Assembly (NCBI GenBank): GCA_002269645.1
Contig: NIVC01002190.1
Coordinates: 83,033 to 147,032 of the forward strand
Origin: Macrostomum lignano
Lineage: Eukaryota
Direction: 5' to 3'
DNA length: 64,000 nucleotides
In this document: positions 62,823-64,000 of the stretch, one piece after another
Layout: each line of letters opens with the position of its first letter
How positions within the stretch are numbered: the first letter of the stretch is position 1
Notes under the pieces: generated by a model
The model's input: the letters and a program-made list of their open reading frames with translations, nothing else
Told to the model about the DNA's origin: nothing
The model's database searches: none
Made by a program: the position numbers and the translations under genes

Positions 62823-63624
62823 GACGATGTCAATGTGGCGTATCAGTGACGTTACAGTATAGTAAAAAGCAAAAAACTTACGCATGTACAAAGGTAAACA
62901 GTATAAAACAGAGACAGTGTACAGGGCTTAAGTATCTCATATTACTGATATCACGCATAAATTCAAATTTCGTTACCAATATGCGGAGGCGGAAAAGATA
63001 AAACAGAAGGCTAGAGCAGGGCGAGGCCACGAGATGGATGGGGACAGACACCAGTTATAAAAATAAGACCAAAAAGGTCGGCTAAGCAAAATTTGAGCCC
63101 CAGCCAGCCCTATCCGCGGCCAAGCGCGCACTGCGAGAAAAGCCATTTAAATATTTTTTGCATGCTGATCTCCTTGCCGCGCAGCTCCAGCGCCGGCGGC
63201 CAAACAAGAGTAATGTTTGGAAGCTCGCAATATGCTTAGGGATTGGGAAGTGTGTTAAGCATTAAGGGCATGTCGATATGGCGTGCCATATTGGCTTGAG
63301 GGCTATATTGATCTGTTAGATCGCCCTATACCAATTGCTTTCGGCTTTATTGCTTAAACTGACATTTCAGTTTTTTGCTTTGGTCCGATTTGCATACGCA
63401 GAAGTGTGCACTTTTGGTCTTTTATATTCAATTTGTACGCTTCTAGTGCTTTTTAACTTAATGTTCTGATAAATTTCTACAGTAAAAATATCAAATATCG
63501 ACTGCTTCAGTGTATTCTGCACTATATTCGATAAAGTTCAAAATACGGAGTGTGTGTACACATGTGAGGACAGGAATTTGTTCATAGCGAGAAATGAGCC
63601 GAGATAAATTTATATGTGGATAAA

Positions 63625-64000
63625 AAGAAAAGCAGTGGGGTGGTGGTAGAAGCCAATATAAATGTACATGTAGGGTATGAAGCTAGAAGTAATTATAAAG
63701 AAAAGGAGTGGGGTGGAGGTAGAAGCCAATATAAATGTACATGTAGGGTATGAAGCTAGAAGTAATTATAAAGAAAAGGAGTGGGGTGGAGGTAGAAGCC
63801 GAGATAAAATGTACATGTAGGGTATGAAGCTAGAAGTAATTATAAAGAAAAGGAGTGGGGTGGAGGTAGAAGCGAGATAAAATGTACACGTAGGGTAGGA
63901 AGCTAGAAGTGTTTATAAAGAAAAGGAGTGGGGTGGAGGCAGACCAAGATAAAATGTACACGTAGGGTAGGAAGCTAGAAGTGTTTATAAGAAAAGGAGT
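63625..64000. repeat. 73-bp tandem repeat, runs off window end
   Basis: GAAAAGGAGTGGGGTGGAGG recurs at 63700 and 63773. Confidence 0.92.

Overview
Eukaryotic (metazoan) genomic DNA with GC-rich exons and introns filled with tandem repeats. The style resembles a Macrostomum-like flatworm, but that is inference only. Five spliced host genes were reconstructed by hand with frame-consistent GT-AG junctions: a MYND-finger gene (-), a four-qRRM hnRNP F/H-like gene (-), a MAGI-family scaffold (+), ADCK5 (+) and a three-Ig IgLON/lachesin-like adhesion gene (-). Mobile DNA includes a decayed Ty1/Copia element (150-5428, TTTGG target duplication, 106-bp LTRs) whose 5' LTR carries a nested, internally deleted Tc1/mariner element. 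There are five tRNA-SINE copies from two families, a decayed Crypton-type (DUF3504) tyrosine recombinase flanked by 12-bp direct repeats, and a Penelope-like foldback with two degenerate hammerhead cores. All 18 reconstructed introns contain their own tandem array. The ~10.7-kb AT-rich intergenic island (13.2-23.9 kb) lacks such arrays but is enriched in the palindrome TAGGCCTA. Most long ORFs in the supplied track are repeat artefacts. Splice models and repeat periods were worked out by eye and not computed.
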